From assembly GCF_006345805.1 (NCBI RefSeq), contig NC_043000.1, positions 81,716,001 to 81,780,000 on the forward strand: a stretch of DNA of 64,000 nucleotides, written 5' to 3'. Both the position numbers and the translations under genes were made by a program. The notes beneath the pieces are model-generated. The model ran no database searches. It was not told the origin of the DNA and worked only from the letters and a program-made list of their open reading frames with translations. The stretch comes from Octopus sinensis (taxonomy: Eukaryota). Below are positions 13,961 to 27,672 of this stretch, piece by piece (the stretch's first letter is position 1; each line of letters starts with the position of its first letter).

Positions 13961-15384
13961 ACATTTCTAAGTGTTGACTGAGACAAGCCCAGCAGAATCA
14001 AGTACCTTTAACACTGGAATAACAGTGGTAAGGCATCAACTAACATCTAGAATTGATAATTTGGGTAATAAAGGGCTAATATGGATGGAAATGCTTATAC
14101 TGGTTTAATACCAGCACATGGACCAACTGCATATGACTCCTCTTAGTGAGTCAGGCTCATAGGAGCTAAATCTTTCTCACATCCCATTCTACCATGTTAA
14201 AGAAAAGGAAGGATACATTAGATGATATAAATATAAACAGAGTGTATCTTGAAAAAGATAGAATGTTTGTTGTTGTAATATGCTTGATTGACTACACATC
14301 TGTAGCATTAGGACTAAACTAGAGCTACAACTGCAATAAATCACTCAACCATAAAGCAGGCAAATAATTAGCTTATTAACCATCTTTGACTTGGTGTCAA
14401 ACAACATATTCCCAGCAATAACAAGGTTTGAATTCCTCTTGATTATATGAATAGTATAAATTCTTAACCCTACTGCTACTCTGACCACTATTTCCAAATA
14501 TATTCACACAGTACACTCTGTAAAGTGGTTATTGATAGAGAAACCATGCCAAAAATAGAATGGCTGAGTGAGAAGTGAATATTGCAAGTTGCATTCCAGG
14601 CTACCAATCTAAGAGGGCACTAATTCCAAAAAAGAATTGATACAGAGTAGAAGGATCTCTTTTGTCTGAAAGCTTGGGATCATAAGTCTCAGTAGCATGT
14701 TAAAACACACCAAGTGCACACTGCAAGGCATACATAACACTCAACTTGGTTGGCTTTCTGTTATGTGTACCAGATGATAATGGAGACAAACCTGTCCAGG
14801 CCAGGCCAGTACAGTACATAAATAGATGTTAAGTGATGATGAATCAGTAGATTTATTACTGTCTCTATGACCCTCCAGCAGGGCCTAGAAACCACAAATC
14901 TCTTGTAATGATGCTAGAGGTAAAAAGACAATGATTAATCAGATTTCTACAAGTATTACTGCATCATCTGTTACTATCACATCTACAACTGTCACTACTG
15001 CCAATACCAACAGTCTATCCTCACAACTACAACAACTATCACAGTTACTGCAACTACAACTGACATCACAGCAATACTAATAGAAAAGAGTTTTTCAATC
15101 ACATGCATAATGCTATCACCAGAAAAATTTCAGTCAAGACACTATCTATGCAATTAGACAAAAATCTGCTCTTAGAAGTGTTAAAAATTAAATAAGAGAT
15201 AAAAAAAAAAAGAGATAAAATTGCTTCAAATTTTTAGTGAGGAAATGCAATACTGGTATGCCCTGCTTCTTTCAGTTGACTTAAGGATCTGAGCTACTCC
15301 TGTTACTGCATTTTCAATATTTTCTCAAAACTTTAACAAAGTAATAGTACTGCAGTTATCTTCTTGGTTTGTATTTGTGTGCAC

Positions 15385-15434
<50 letters not shown>

Positions 15435-16802
15435 AAACGCATCTAAATAGAACCTTTGTTAACAAAATGTATGGATATTTTTAGTATGTAAAACATTAGC
15501 ACCAGTTTTGTGGTCACAGAATTTTTGAGGTTTCTAGGTCCCACTGGAGTGGCACCAAAATAGCAGCAAACATGCTGAATCATTATAATTTTATATCAAC
15601 TTTCCAATACCAGAATGGATTGGTCAGCTCATGTTTTGCATCATCATGTACATGGTAACAAAGTATGGACTAGATACATTTTTACCAACACTAAGAGAAC
15701 TGTAAAGTTCATGTCTTGCTCTTACATTTCATTTGATGCCATTATTTAGTGGGAGCGAATCTAGAACATAGTTGGGAAGTAAACTTCTTAAACACACAGA
15801 CTATATATGTAAAATCATACACATATATCATCAATGTTTTATGAGCATTTTTCATGCTGGCATTGATTGGATGTTATAATGCAACATCTTGTATATACAG
15901 CCACAGAGAAATTTGCTGTTGTGTATATTTTACTGTGTATTGAATGAGTTTTATCATGTCACCAGTACACGACACAAGAGTGCCACATAAGGTTACTAAA
16001 AATTCCTTTCTAATCACTATTTATTCTTATTCAGTGTTTCTGCCCTCCAAGATGGCCATCCTGTAATAAGGATTGTCAGTTAACATCTTGCTTGTAAATC
16101 TGTTGACGCAGATGAAAAAAAGAGTCTAAGCTATTGAATGGGTTAGTAGTGTTGGTTGATGTAGCATGCAATAAAGCCTATTTCCAATGTGTCAGAAGAA
16201 GTTGGTGGAGGAGAAGGATTGCAAAAATATCCTAGGTTACTCAGAGTGAAATAGTCTCAGTGTGAAAAATCTCAAAGATGTCCCATGGTGCTACACAGTT
16301 AAACTGTCGAGGAAATATATCCTGACAGGCAACATGAAAATTGGGATAGGGTTAAGAAACTGGCAAGAACGAAAGCCCTGTTTGTTGTTGTCACATAATG
16401 AGCTAAAGTTACTTGTTGCTGTTACCAACTAGACCTAAACTGCTTGCATATACTGAATAGTTAGAAAATGGCATATATATATATAGTGTCGTTTGTCTGA
16501 ACAAAAATTAGAGCATTCAGTACAATGTGCAGCAGGAATGATATTAGACAAAATATATTCAGGTTAACTCTTCACAGACGGACTAGAAGTTTCACAAGAA
16601 ATGTTTTCTTTATAAACAAACTCCATTCTTGCTCATCTCCTGGACTACCTACTAACATCAAGTAACAGCTCCATTCTAGATGAATAAAATATGGTGGTAT
16701 TGGTGAACAAACATGGAGCTTGTGTGTAAACAACAACAGTCTTTGAGAAACTCTTAGTCAATGAACTATTTAACCTGTATACTTTACATTTTCTGAGATA
16801 TA

Positions 16803-16803
16803 T

Positions 16804-16838
<35 letters not shown>
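16803..16838. repeat. (AGAT)n tetranucleotide microsatellite
   Basis: Direct reading. Confidence 0.95.
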
Positions 16839-16841
<3 letters not shown>

Positions 16842-17484
16842 CACATACACTCAAATGCGCATGCACACTACAAACACTGAAATGTTGTAGTTCTAGTTGT
16901 TCCTAAGTGCTAACCCAGTTAAGTATTGTTAGACAGGTAGACCAATGGCAAAACATGAATTTAACAAAATATTCAATCCTTATTTTTAATCCTGATTCAC
17001 TTGAGGCAATTTCATTAGATTTGACTTTTCAAATAAATCTCCATTTGAGAGATATCGTAAAGAGAGGATCTTGTTAGCTATTTGGCAACAACCTTGAGCA
17101 AGACATGTCACTAAATAGATCCTTTCACTAGCTTATGTGATCCCTGTAAAGTAGTATGCTGAGAGGAGTTTCACTCATAAATTGACCAGGTTAACTAGTT
17201 GCACAGAAACCCCTACATAACTTATGTAATCTTTATTTGAAACATTGGTGGATATTTGACTGCTGTATTAAACTCATCAAGTAATTACACAGACCCTCCT
17301 CTCTTATCAACTCAACTCTGTAATTATTTACATAAGATAGAAATGTGTTTTGCAATCTGAACTATAAGATTAAATTGATATTGAGGAAAAAATACTGAAA
17401 AAAATAGGAAGGAGAGAGAGTATTAAAGATTAATATTTAAAAAATGTTAGAGTAAGAAGCCTAATGGAGTGAAGCCTGGTTTAC

Positions 17485-18267
17485 CTGTTCATTGGTTGAC
17501 AAATTTTCCTTTGATGGTGGGCTTTCATGACATCCCTGAGAACTTTGTTCAGCAATCGTCCCTTGGCATATATACTCATCAGAACAGTCCTCCTCTTTTA
17601 AGTAAGATATGCTAGATATTTTATCACAGTCCATAATATTGAGATCACATGACTTCATGACAGCCGGGCTTGTGGCATCACTATAGCTCCAGTCTTGCTC
17701 GGAAAAGTTTCCTACATTCGTAACACCTTCATTTAATCTATCATCACATTTTCTATTCCCAACATTAGACCCTTCATTTTTCATTCCATATGAATTATGA
17801 GTCTTATCAGAAGACTTCCGTAGATGGTTATTAGTCCGTCTTCTCTGAGAATAATATTTCGCTAATATCTTCTGTTTACGATTTCCTTTTGACGAAGATT
17901 TCTTTGGCGATTGGGAAGTGTTTGTTCCTCGCAATCGCTCAGATTGTTTGTTGAAAGCATTTTTAAAAGATTTGGGACGTGAAGCTCGTCCCTGAGCTTT
18001 AACTTTCGAATACATATCAGTTTCAAATAAGTCAACTTTTCCTTCCTCCAGATCTTTCCAGAAAGTATCTTTGAGCGTAGTAGAATGATCCTGTCCGAAA
18101 AGGTTGGAGTTAGCAATAGCTGTAGCCTCAGTAGTATTAGATGCTGTTTGGGATTCTGCAGTGGTGCTTACATTGGTAGAACTGACAGTTGTACTGCTGT
18201 TAGAGGCAGATGATGCCAACTTATCAGGCAAGACACCTCCAGGCAGAAGCCGACCTTCCATCATGGC
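17485..18267 (-). CDS. Large internal coding exon of the chromodomain gene (Ser/Thr-rich, basic and acidic, probably disordered)
   Basis: Acceptor tgctttttttTAG|GCC ATG and donor GAACAG|GTAAAC; 783 nt open frame, phase 0/0, within track ORF 17461..18264. Joins in frame to 38629 (RRIRK|AMMEGRLLPGG). Confidence 0.85.
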
Positions 18268-18767
18268 CTAAAAAAAAGCAAAAAAAAAAAAAGAGATAAA
18301 ATTGAAAGATGACAAAGTTTAAGAGATAAAGCTAAGATTGTTATTGTTTTTACTAAATTAGTGTTAGTATTGGTATTCTTGCATGGGTATCAGGGGATAT
18401 AGAGGAGATTTTTAAATACAACAATGGATATCTTACATATATACACATATGTATGTATGTATGTATGTATGTACACATGGTAATAGATCATTTAAGAGCT
18501 ATTCATGAAATTTCATTTTGGTCTTCTAAATGAAGTTAATATATTAGGTAAGCTACACTCCTTCACCAAAGGTAGAGGAAAAAGACAGGTGTGGAAAGGC
18601 AGTAGAAAGAGAGACCAGACACCAACCAATTGTAATTTTTTCATTTAAACACTAAATATTGAAAGAAAGGGTGCATGCCGTTGGTTTTGCAACAAAAACT
18701 TTAAAAGTATAAGCCAACAAATCATATGAACATACACATTTACAACCACACACCAATACATACATAT

Positions 18768-19015
18768 GGTTTTAACATTCACTTTTCCATGATTGCAAGA
18801 GTCAGATGAAATTAGTTGAGGCAGATTTTCTACAGCAGGATGCTTTTCCTTTCACCAATCTTAATCTATTTCTAAGTAAGGTAATATACCCTTAGTCTTT
18901 CAAACTGAAACAGTACAATAGTCAGGCACTTTTAACAGAAGATTGCACATAAATGTCACAGATTGCATGACAGTAGTGTTTGTTTATGAATGGCACATGA
19001 AGACAAAATGTCATG
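18768..19015 (-). mobile_element. Interspersed family E carrying an RTE-like terminal motif; also ~4360-4580, 19295-19510, 43900-44060, 47840-48015
   Basis: tttaacat.c.cttttccatg and ttctacagc.ggatgc..ttcct resemble the RTE tail; the body (aagtaaggtaatat..gaagactggaa..) is different. Confidence 0.6.
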
Positions 19016-22000
19016 CGCACACACACAGTGCAAATGTACATCTATATATATTATCACCATCTTTTAATGCCCATGTTTCATGCTGGCATGGCTTGGATGG
19101 TTTGACACCACTCAAAGCGCTCGAAAGTACCATCACGTTGCAATGTTGTTTTGGCACAGTCTTTTGGGGTGAACACCTTGCTTAATGCCAACGACTTTAC
19201 AGAGTATACTGAACACTTAATTTTTTCTTTTCTTTTGTGGTACTAGCACCGGTGAGGTCACATATACACATATATCATATTATATACATACATATGTCAT
19301 TTAACATCCGCTTTTCCATGCCTGCATGAGTCAGACAGAATTTCTTGGGGCAGTTGAGACAAATTTTTCTATGACCAGATGTTCTTAGCAACACTCACTT
19401 GTTTCAAAGGAAGATGATATTTTCCCATAGCTACACATGTTTGTCACTGGAAAAACACATTGCTTGTATGACTGTGGTGCTTGTTTTACAACCCTCATGT
19501 CATGTCTAGATAAGAATACCCACACACACATACATACATCCATATAAGCTTACACATACATAAGTATGTATATAAATAAGCATATTTATTTTTGTAATGG
19601 TGAAACTTGAAGCAGATAAAGCTCTAAATAACAGCATTGGGTTAAAAAATCCTTTCGATAGAAAAAGACGAAAGCTGTTCATGGGACTTGAACACACATT
19701 CTGCAAATGTGATAGATGTTCTACCACTGGATCAGAGTATTTCTTTAAATTTCTCCATCCATTTTAGTAACTATATTCTTACCAATGCATTACTGACATC
19801 ATTGCTTCAAGTATCATCATTCCAAAAAAAGAACTATTTCAGGTTCTCTCAAAGTTTCTAAATTCTTATAGCATCAACACCACACAAGCACATATACATA
19901 CATACAAACATTCATTCATCATTTATATCTGCTTCCATACTGGCATGGGTTACACAGTTTGCTACAGTTGAAATCAGCATGTATTCATGCACTTTACTCA
20001 CTTAAAAGGTAAGACTTTGTCTTACATATTTCATTTTTACAGTCAGAAGCATTTTACAGAATGTGCCAGGTCCATTTTTTCGTAGTACCAGGACTATGGA
20101 AATTCCTTATCCTCAACCAAATTAAATGGCACTCACAACTTCTTACTTTGCTAAATGTACTGAAAGCTCTCATCATGTTACCAGCAGTACAGAGCTAGCC
20201 ATGTTCTCAACATAATTGAAGAGGCTTCACATCACCATATCTCTGCACACTTACCAGCCTCTTTACAACCTCTTTACAGGACAAGGAGAGAGAGTGAGAG
20301 AGAGAGAGAGAGAGGCATGAGGGATAGTATTAAGATGGATATGTAGGAATGAGATGGAATGATAGGAATACTCAGTATTCCAGGATATGTCATGGCAACA
20401 TGACTGAGATGACTGAAGTCTATATGCCCCAGGAGATAGGGCAATGACTCAACACTGGAAGCAATGTATCTTTAGTCACTCCAGAAGTATAGTACAGTGA
20501 GAACTGAGAGGAAGAAGTGACTGAGAGATGAGCTGGAAGACTTCAATGTGTGGTGAACAGATGATGAACAATAAATATATGGGTGAGAAAGCGCAACATG
20601 TGACAAACAAAATAAAAACATTCACAGCCAACAGTAGTCACACTGACAACATAGTACGGTGAGATTGAGGAGGGAGTAATTCAAAGAGGAACAATTAGAG
20701 TTATGCACATAGGAAGCAAGAGAAATAAAGACATGGATGAAAGAAAGACATAGGTGATGGTGGAATGGGCAATAGACAGAGGATTGATAGGGATGTGTGA
20801 TGCAGAGGACAAGAGATAGAGGACTGAGCAATAAAAGGGAGGGAGCAAGTGATACAGGTGATAAAGGGGTGAAAGGCTATCAGGGGTTAATAGTGTAGAC
20901 TTCACTGTAGGCATATATATATATCTGCATTCATGCATGCACACGTGTAGAAACACATGCCTAGCAATGCATGCCCATACATATACAAATATACATAATT
21001 TTAGCATCTTCTACACAGTGTGTTGTCGGGCAACACAATTCTTTATTATCTCCTCCATGAGGTGCAACAGCTTATATTCTACACACACACATTTAAATAC
21101 AGGTACATACACACTCAGGCATATGTAGTAAGTTGTTTAAATATCTACAAACTCAAAAGATACATTTTTCTCTTTTTTTTTTTAATAAAACATTGAGAAT
21201 AAAATACAAAATATTTTCATGCTTATTACTATCTTATTTAACTGAAGTACTTAGCACACGTGGATAAATTGAGAAAAAGTTCACAGCAGATGTACTGACA
21301 TGTAAATGAGTAAAAACAGCACATGTTTATCATAATTTTTGTAAGCAGCTCTCAGCTGCTTCCTCTCTAAAAGAGGAACAAAAATAGGAACTTTTGATAA
21401 AATGGCAATAAGATGTTGAAACTAGTTGCACTGTTCTCAAGTTTGCCCTACAAAATAAAATAAAAAATGCCCTATTCTTTCACTACAGAGTCAATTTACA
21501 GGACATGGTTGAAGGCATGTTAGTCAAGCATAAGTATGTAAACAAACACATGCTGTCTCAGTAATATTTTTCATTTATTGCACACACACACATCTACTCA
21601 ATTATATACAGAACATACTCACATATAAATACACAGATAAATATACATATATCATAGCTGTGCTGGATTTTAGGATGTATAATATATCTTTATTGGTTTT
21701 TTTTACTCATTATACTATGAAATCACCATCCACTGCCTTCTTCATTACCACTTGTTACCCTTTGAACTATTTGCTGTAACATACACCGTTGTCGCTTTAC
21801 CATTCCAACATCAGGATGTCCATGTGACAAAGTAGTATCAAACCCATCTGCATCTAGTACCCAAAACAATGACCCATCTTTACTGCTAGCTATCTCTCTC
21901 TCTTCTCTCTCCCCACTCCTCCACGTGATTTTTCATCAAGCACTCTCACCACAACCAACCTCCTTTGCCAACCCATCATGCTGCAACAACCAGCATGTAG

Positions 22001-23819
22001 CTACTACTGTTGCTTTTCCAAAAAACACTTCCCTGCGTTTCACTCAATACTATCAGTTTTCATCTATCGCATTCACACTTTCTCTATCCTTCTGACTATC
22101 ATTCTCTTTGTATTTACCCTCATAGTCATGCTTTCCTTAAAAGAATAGAGAAAACATACAGTAAAGAGAACTCTTTCGTTTTCAAGCAGTCAAGGTAGCT
22201 ACTCTTGCACTGGCACCATGATATGAAGTACCTGGTACACTCTAAAATGGCTGGTGAACAAGACAATGCAGAGAGGGCTGTTAGCTTTGATGAGGACATA
22301 ATATCTCTAGCACTGATGTCAAGATAAAATACACCTTGCAAAGTGCTGATGTTAAGAAAGGGTATCCAGCTAGGAAAATATTGCCATGAAAATAGAATAT
22401 ATGAGGAAGACATGTCCTCCTACCAATTTGAGTGGGGAGTAACGCCAACAAAGAACTGATTGACAGTAATGACCCATCCAATACATGCCAGCACAGAAAG
22501 TGAATGCAAAATAATCATGATGCCACACACATACCATTTAGTGTCTGTTTTTCTATTCTAGCATGGGTTGGACAGGGACTTATTTGAAAAAAGATTTTAA
22601 GGCCAAATGCTCTTGTTTTTTCAAGAAAGTGACTGCTTATTCCAGAGGCCTTAAAAAGTACAAAGCAACCAGTTATAACATTAACAAGGAATGTAAACAT
22701 CATATCACCAGGTGTTGCAAGCAAAACCATGGACTGTTCACACACACACACAGAAACATAAGCACACAAATACATACACATATACTCACATGCATATAGA
22801 TAATTTTTTAAATACTTTGATTTCATTCTATCAGATTGTTAACTATATTACTTTATAATTCATAAAATATAACCCTTAAATAATTTTTTTTCTTCACTAA
22901 AAACACTAAGAGCATATGTGAATAGATTCTATCAAATACCCAGACGGATCCCTACAAGTAGTTGATAGCTTTTGCTACATAAATTACTAAATGATATTTA
23001 GTTTTCCAAATAAATTTATAAAAATGTTGAAACTTTGTCCCCATGCACACATAAATTTTGAATATTGGTATCTTAGCAGTTATATGAGGGTGAAGCAGAG
23101 AGAAAATGATGTTAAACTAAATGATGAGATAGCAAAAGAATATCAAAAAATGCCAGAGTAGTGAAACAGGTATGAGAGTTTTACTGGTTTATAACATTTA
23201 ACCATATTGACAGCTGAGGTGACAGCAAAAGATAGGTAGGTATTTAGGCAGATAGATAACTGGAGAGATGACTTTTAAGTAGACAGACTGGCAGATAGAA
23301 AATTAAGTTCATTGAAATGAGAAATAACTTTAGATGGAGCCAACAATTTTATTGTTAGCTGAGAAACAACACAAATTTCAAATTACTTCAAAATCAGAAT
23401 ATCAAAAGCTTGAAAGACCGAAATCTCAGAATACCAAATGCAATGTCAAAAGATTAAAACTCCAAATTTTGAAATGTTTTAGAGATAAATATGAAAATAT
23501 TTTCCATAGATATTTACTTACAGGCTTAAGGAGAATAACCGAGAAACATATTTACTAAAGAAAAAACAATTGCAGGGATATTAAAATAGCTAGCTTATCA
23601 AATATTTTCATTCTTAAATTCTTTCATTATTGAATATTTCGTTTTGATTTAATACAAAAACATTAACATACCAAATGTCAAAAGATCAAATTTCGATTGA
23701 TTGAAATTAGGTTTATGCATTTTCTTATCTCCCTTGGTTTCACTCTTTCACTGTGTAATAACACTAATATATAAATTTTGGCCTTTCGAAGTCACACACA
23801 CAGGTGACTAATTTTAGTA

Positions 23820-24540
23820 AATTGGATAAAGATAGACCCCTGCATTCATTAAGGAAAAGACCACGACCAATATCCAAAAAAGAATAGCAAAAATTCAATC
23901 ATGTAACCAGTATAAACTATGTTGAATGCACAACAGTTTCAGTCAACTCAAAGGCTAACGAAGAAAGTAGACTTTATATGCACCAGGTGTAAAAGAGCAA
24001 TAAACATTAAGAGCATATGTGAAATAGATTCTCTCAAATACCCAGAAGGATCCTTAGAAGTAGATGATAGCTTTTGCTACATAAATTACTGGAGGAGGTT
24101 ATTCCAAAGGCACATAAGCTAGGGTAAGAATGGGTTGGAGCTATTACCTCAGCTATTAACAAAGGGTTTCTCTCACAAAGCGAAGGGCAGATTGCATGAT
24201 GCTTGCTACATTGTGAGACATGGTTGAGGTTAGGGTATTGAATGTAGAGCTTTTGGGAAAATCAGAAAGAAATGAAGCAAGCAAATATGCTTCATTAGAA
24301 ATGTACATGAATGATGAAGTACAAATGAGCTGAAAGGAAATCTGAATACAAGAGGAATCCAAAATGGAGAAGATGGCACTAGTACAAGTATATGATGTGT
24401 ATGGAGCATGGAAGCTGTAAAAAGTTCAAAGCACTCAAAGTAGATGGAACCTGTAGGAGAGGAAGGCTTGCAAAGACATAGGATCAAGCAGTGAAGACTA
24501 GTCTCAGGATGCTGACTCTCATGGAGAAGATAACAAAGGA
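23820..24540 (+). mobile_element. Highly degraded RTE RT fragment
   Basis: RLTKKVDFICTRC...SLEVDDSFCY aligns by eye to [14 protein letters not shown]...[10 protein letters not shown] of the young copy; gaaagaaatgaagcaag corresponds to RNEAS. Confidence 0.75.
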
Positions 24541-26961
24541 ATGTGATGCTTTACAACATGTGATGCTGAGACTGTTCCACACTACCCAATCAAGTATAGC
24601 AAAATGAAAAAGTGTTAGAAATGAAGATTAGGAGGTATATCCACATGTGGGTCCTTCATTCAATGAGTGTCTGTTATGCCTGCTGTTGCTCCCATGGTCA
24701 TTGATAACTTCTCATCTCTCAATTGCTCACCCTCTCTCTTATTTGCTGTACTCTGCTGCCTGCATAATCAGGAATAGTAATGAATTTGTTCATATTCAGT
24801 CTCTCTACTAGCTACTATCCATGTCATTAACTTTCTTCCCAAGACAGTGTCTATATATAAGGGATCTAATTAGGCATTTTCATAACCATTATACCTACCA
24901 TCCTCTTTCTGTACTGCCAGCATCACTTCCTCTCTCCTAGGCCACATGTTATTGGTATCTATCATCCTCTCTTACTTACCCATCACACAATCTCTCCCAA
25001 TCTTTTATACCAAGCATGTAGCACCCATCAATGTCACTCTTCCATTATTACCACCTCTATCACCCTCTCAGCTCCGATCACCATTTCTTCCATCATAACT
25101 CTCGCTACATTCATCCTCTCAGGCTGGCTCTTCTGTCATCTCTCTCTCTCTCTTGATCATGTCACTTAGCCTTGCAGGGTACAAGATAACCACACTGGAG
25201 CTGGTGCCACAATAAAAAGCTCTGAGCATCTCTATAAAGTGGTTGGAATGACAAACCATAGAAACCATGTTGATTTTGGAATGTACCAGTGAGCCTGGGC
25301 CTCTAATTTCTCTGTGAGGAGAGTGTCCAGCGATTCCAAATAAGAATTGACATAGATTGTAACAACCTGCTCAACTCATGGCAGTAAAGAAAATAAACAA
25401 AAAAATTATATACATATATATGCATACACATATACACACACTCACACACACAAACATGCATATACACACACAAATATATACAAGCATACATTTCCACACA
25501 TACATATTCACATTCATACATATGCACCTACAGGCATGCACACACACACTCATTGTGGTGTTTACGCATATCTAACTGCCACATAAACCACTTCTAAATA
25601 CTTTCAGTTTCCTAACTTGATATCTTTCTCTTTATTTTCACTACCACAGCAAGAGTGGACTCCTCTGGCTGTGTAAACAAGGTTACTTCATTCTCCTTGT
25701 ACATTTTGATTACTTTATTTTTCAACCCCTGCAGCTTATTTATAACAAGGCTTTATAGGAACATGTGTCTTTTTTTTTTCCTATACTAGCCAGAGAAGCG
25801 TGTCGCCACAGAACTAGCTAGATATCCTGGAATGTTGCCAAATATGCAACAACATATAGTCAATCAACCTACTCAAAATAGCAGCCAACATTCCTTCAAA
25901 TCACAAGGTACAATCTTAGAAAAGGATGTATTGGTTAATGGAGTCTTGAGTGTTCCCTATACATAAAAAAAGACAAGATGACCATGGCTGGAATGTTTCT
26001 GATCACAGGTCTGCTTGACCAGGTTGACCTGGTGCTAAGCAATGACAACAACAGGGCTATCATTTTCGCAACGTTACCAACACCACAAACAGTAGTTCAC
26101 CCATCACCATTGCAACTATCATCAAGCAATGCAAAAATTAAAAAAATAGCACTAATCATAGAATTCTCAATCAAAGCAAAATAGGGCACTAATAATGTGT
26201 ATGGTGATGATTGAAAAAATGGTGATGATTGAAAAAATGGTGATGATGTTGACAATGATAAGGATGATGATGATTATAAAGGTAATAACGACAGAGGTGA
26301 TGCTTTGCAACATGTGATGATGATAATAGCAGTGATGATGATGATGATAGTGATAATAATAAGGGTAATCATGATGACGGCCTAAATGATGACAGTGATG
26401 ATGATGATTTTGATCAAAAGGAAAAGAATTGGAAAAGTTAACTTTTGGAGGCCAGTCTTCTTCATTACATTATACTGTTTGTTATTGAGTGTATGTGTGT
26501 GTGTGAATACATGTCAGTATGTATCAGACAGCCAAGAATAGACACACTTGACACATACTATAAGTAGCAGTCCAAAGTGTGTATAGGGGCATGTGTATTT
26601 GAGTAAACACACACACACACACACTCACTACCACCTTTATATAAGTATTGTAGCAAAGTGAACATTAAGGTCTGTTGAGACAAAACTGCTTCACCTGCAT
26701 ACACTTGATGTAATCTTCTGCAAATAGATTACTGCAAGACTTGCACTCATTCAACTGTTCAATTAATTATGACAATTTACCCTCCTTAACACACAGATGG
26801 AGCTTCTGGGTAGTTACTTGACTTGCTAAATGTAGTAACTAAATCCCCTTGAAGAAATTCTTGTCTTAAAAATTGAGGATAACACTAGGAAAGAAACTGA
26901 AACAGTACCAATGCATTCAGGAAAGCTACTGTACCTCTTTACAATAGGACCACATTTTGTA

Positions 26962-27502
26962 TCTTTTATTTCTTACTTGTTTCAGTCATTTGACTGTGGC
27001 CATACTGGAGCATTTGCCTTGAAGGATTTTAGCTGAATTGATCCCAGGACTTATTTTTTTAAAACTTAGTACTTATTCTATCAGTCTCTTTTGCTAAACT
27101 GCTAAGTTGCAGGAATGTAAACACACAAGCAGTTGTCAAGAGATGGTGAGGGACAAGCACAAACATACAGACACATACTTATATATATATATCATCATCA
27201 TCATCGTTTAACGTCCGCTTTCCATGCTAGCATGGGTTGGACGGTTCAACTGGGGTCTGGCAAGCCCGAAGGCTGCACCAGGCCAGTCAGATCTGGCAGT
27301 GTTTTTACAGCTGGATGCCCTTCCTAACGCCAACCACTCCGAGAGTGTAGTGGGTGATTTTATGTGCCACCGACACAGGTGCCAGACGAGGCTGGCAGAC
27401 GGCCACGCTCGGATGGTGTTTTCTTATGTGCCACCGACACAGGTGCCAGACGAGGCTGGCGAACGGCCACGCTCGGATGGTGTTTGTTACGTGCCCACAA
27501 AC

Positions 27503-27537
<35 letters not shown>

Positions 27538-27672
27538 CAGGCTTCTTTCAGTTTCTATCTACTAAATCCACTCACAAGGCTTTGGCTGGCCCAAGGTTAT
27601 AGTAGAAGACACATGCCCAAGATGCATGCAGTGGGACTGAACTTGGACCCATGTGGTTGAGAAGCAACCTAT
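26962..27672 (-). mobile_element. SINE family B copy interrupted by an RTE fragment at 27193-27499
   Basis: 26962-27190 and 27506-27672 are collinear with 48906-49300. Confidence 0.8.
27193..27499 (-). mobile_element. RTE 3' UTR/terminal fragment with two 62-bp-type units, nested in a SINE
   Basis: Near-identical to 58891-59380; (TA)n on both sides. Confidence 0.92.

Noticed and set aside
17461-17484. Treating the 267-aa ORF as a single-exon or terminal-exon gene ending at TAG 17461
   Set aside because: A good donor (CAG|GTAAAC) at 17485 and an in-phase downstream exon favour an internal exon, though read-through as an alternative end cannot be excluded.
19670-19735. tRNA-like A/B boxes on the minus strand
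   Set aside because: No cloverleaf or acceptor stem can be built; at most a decayed SINE head. SINE B and C heads were likewise not called as tRNA genes.
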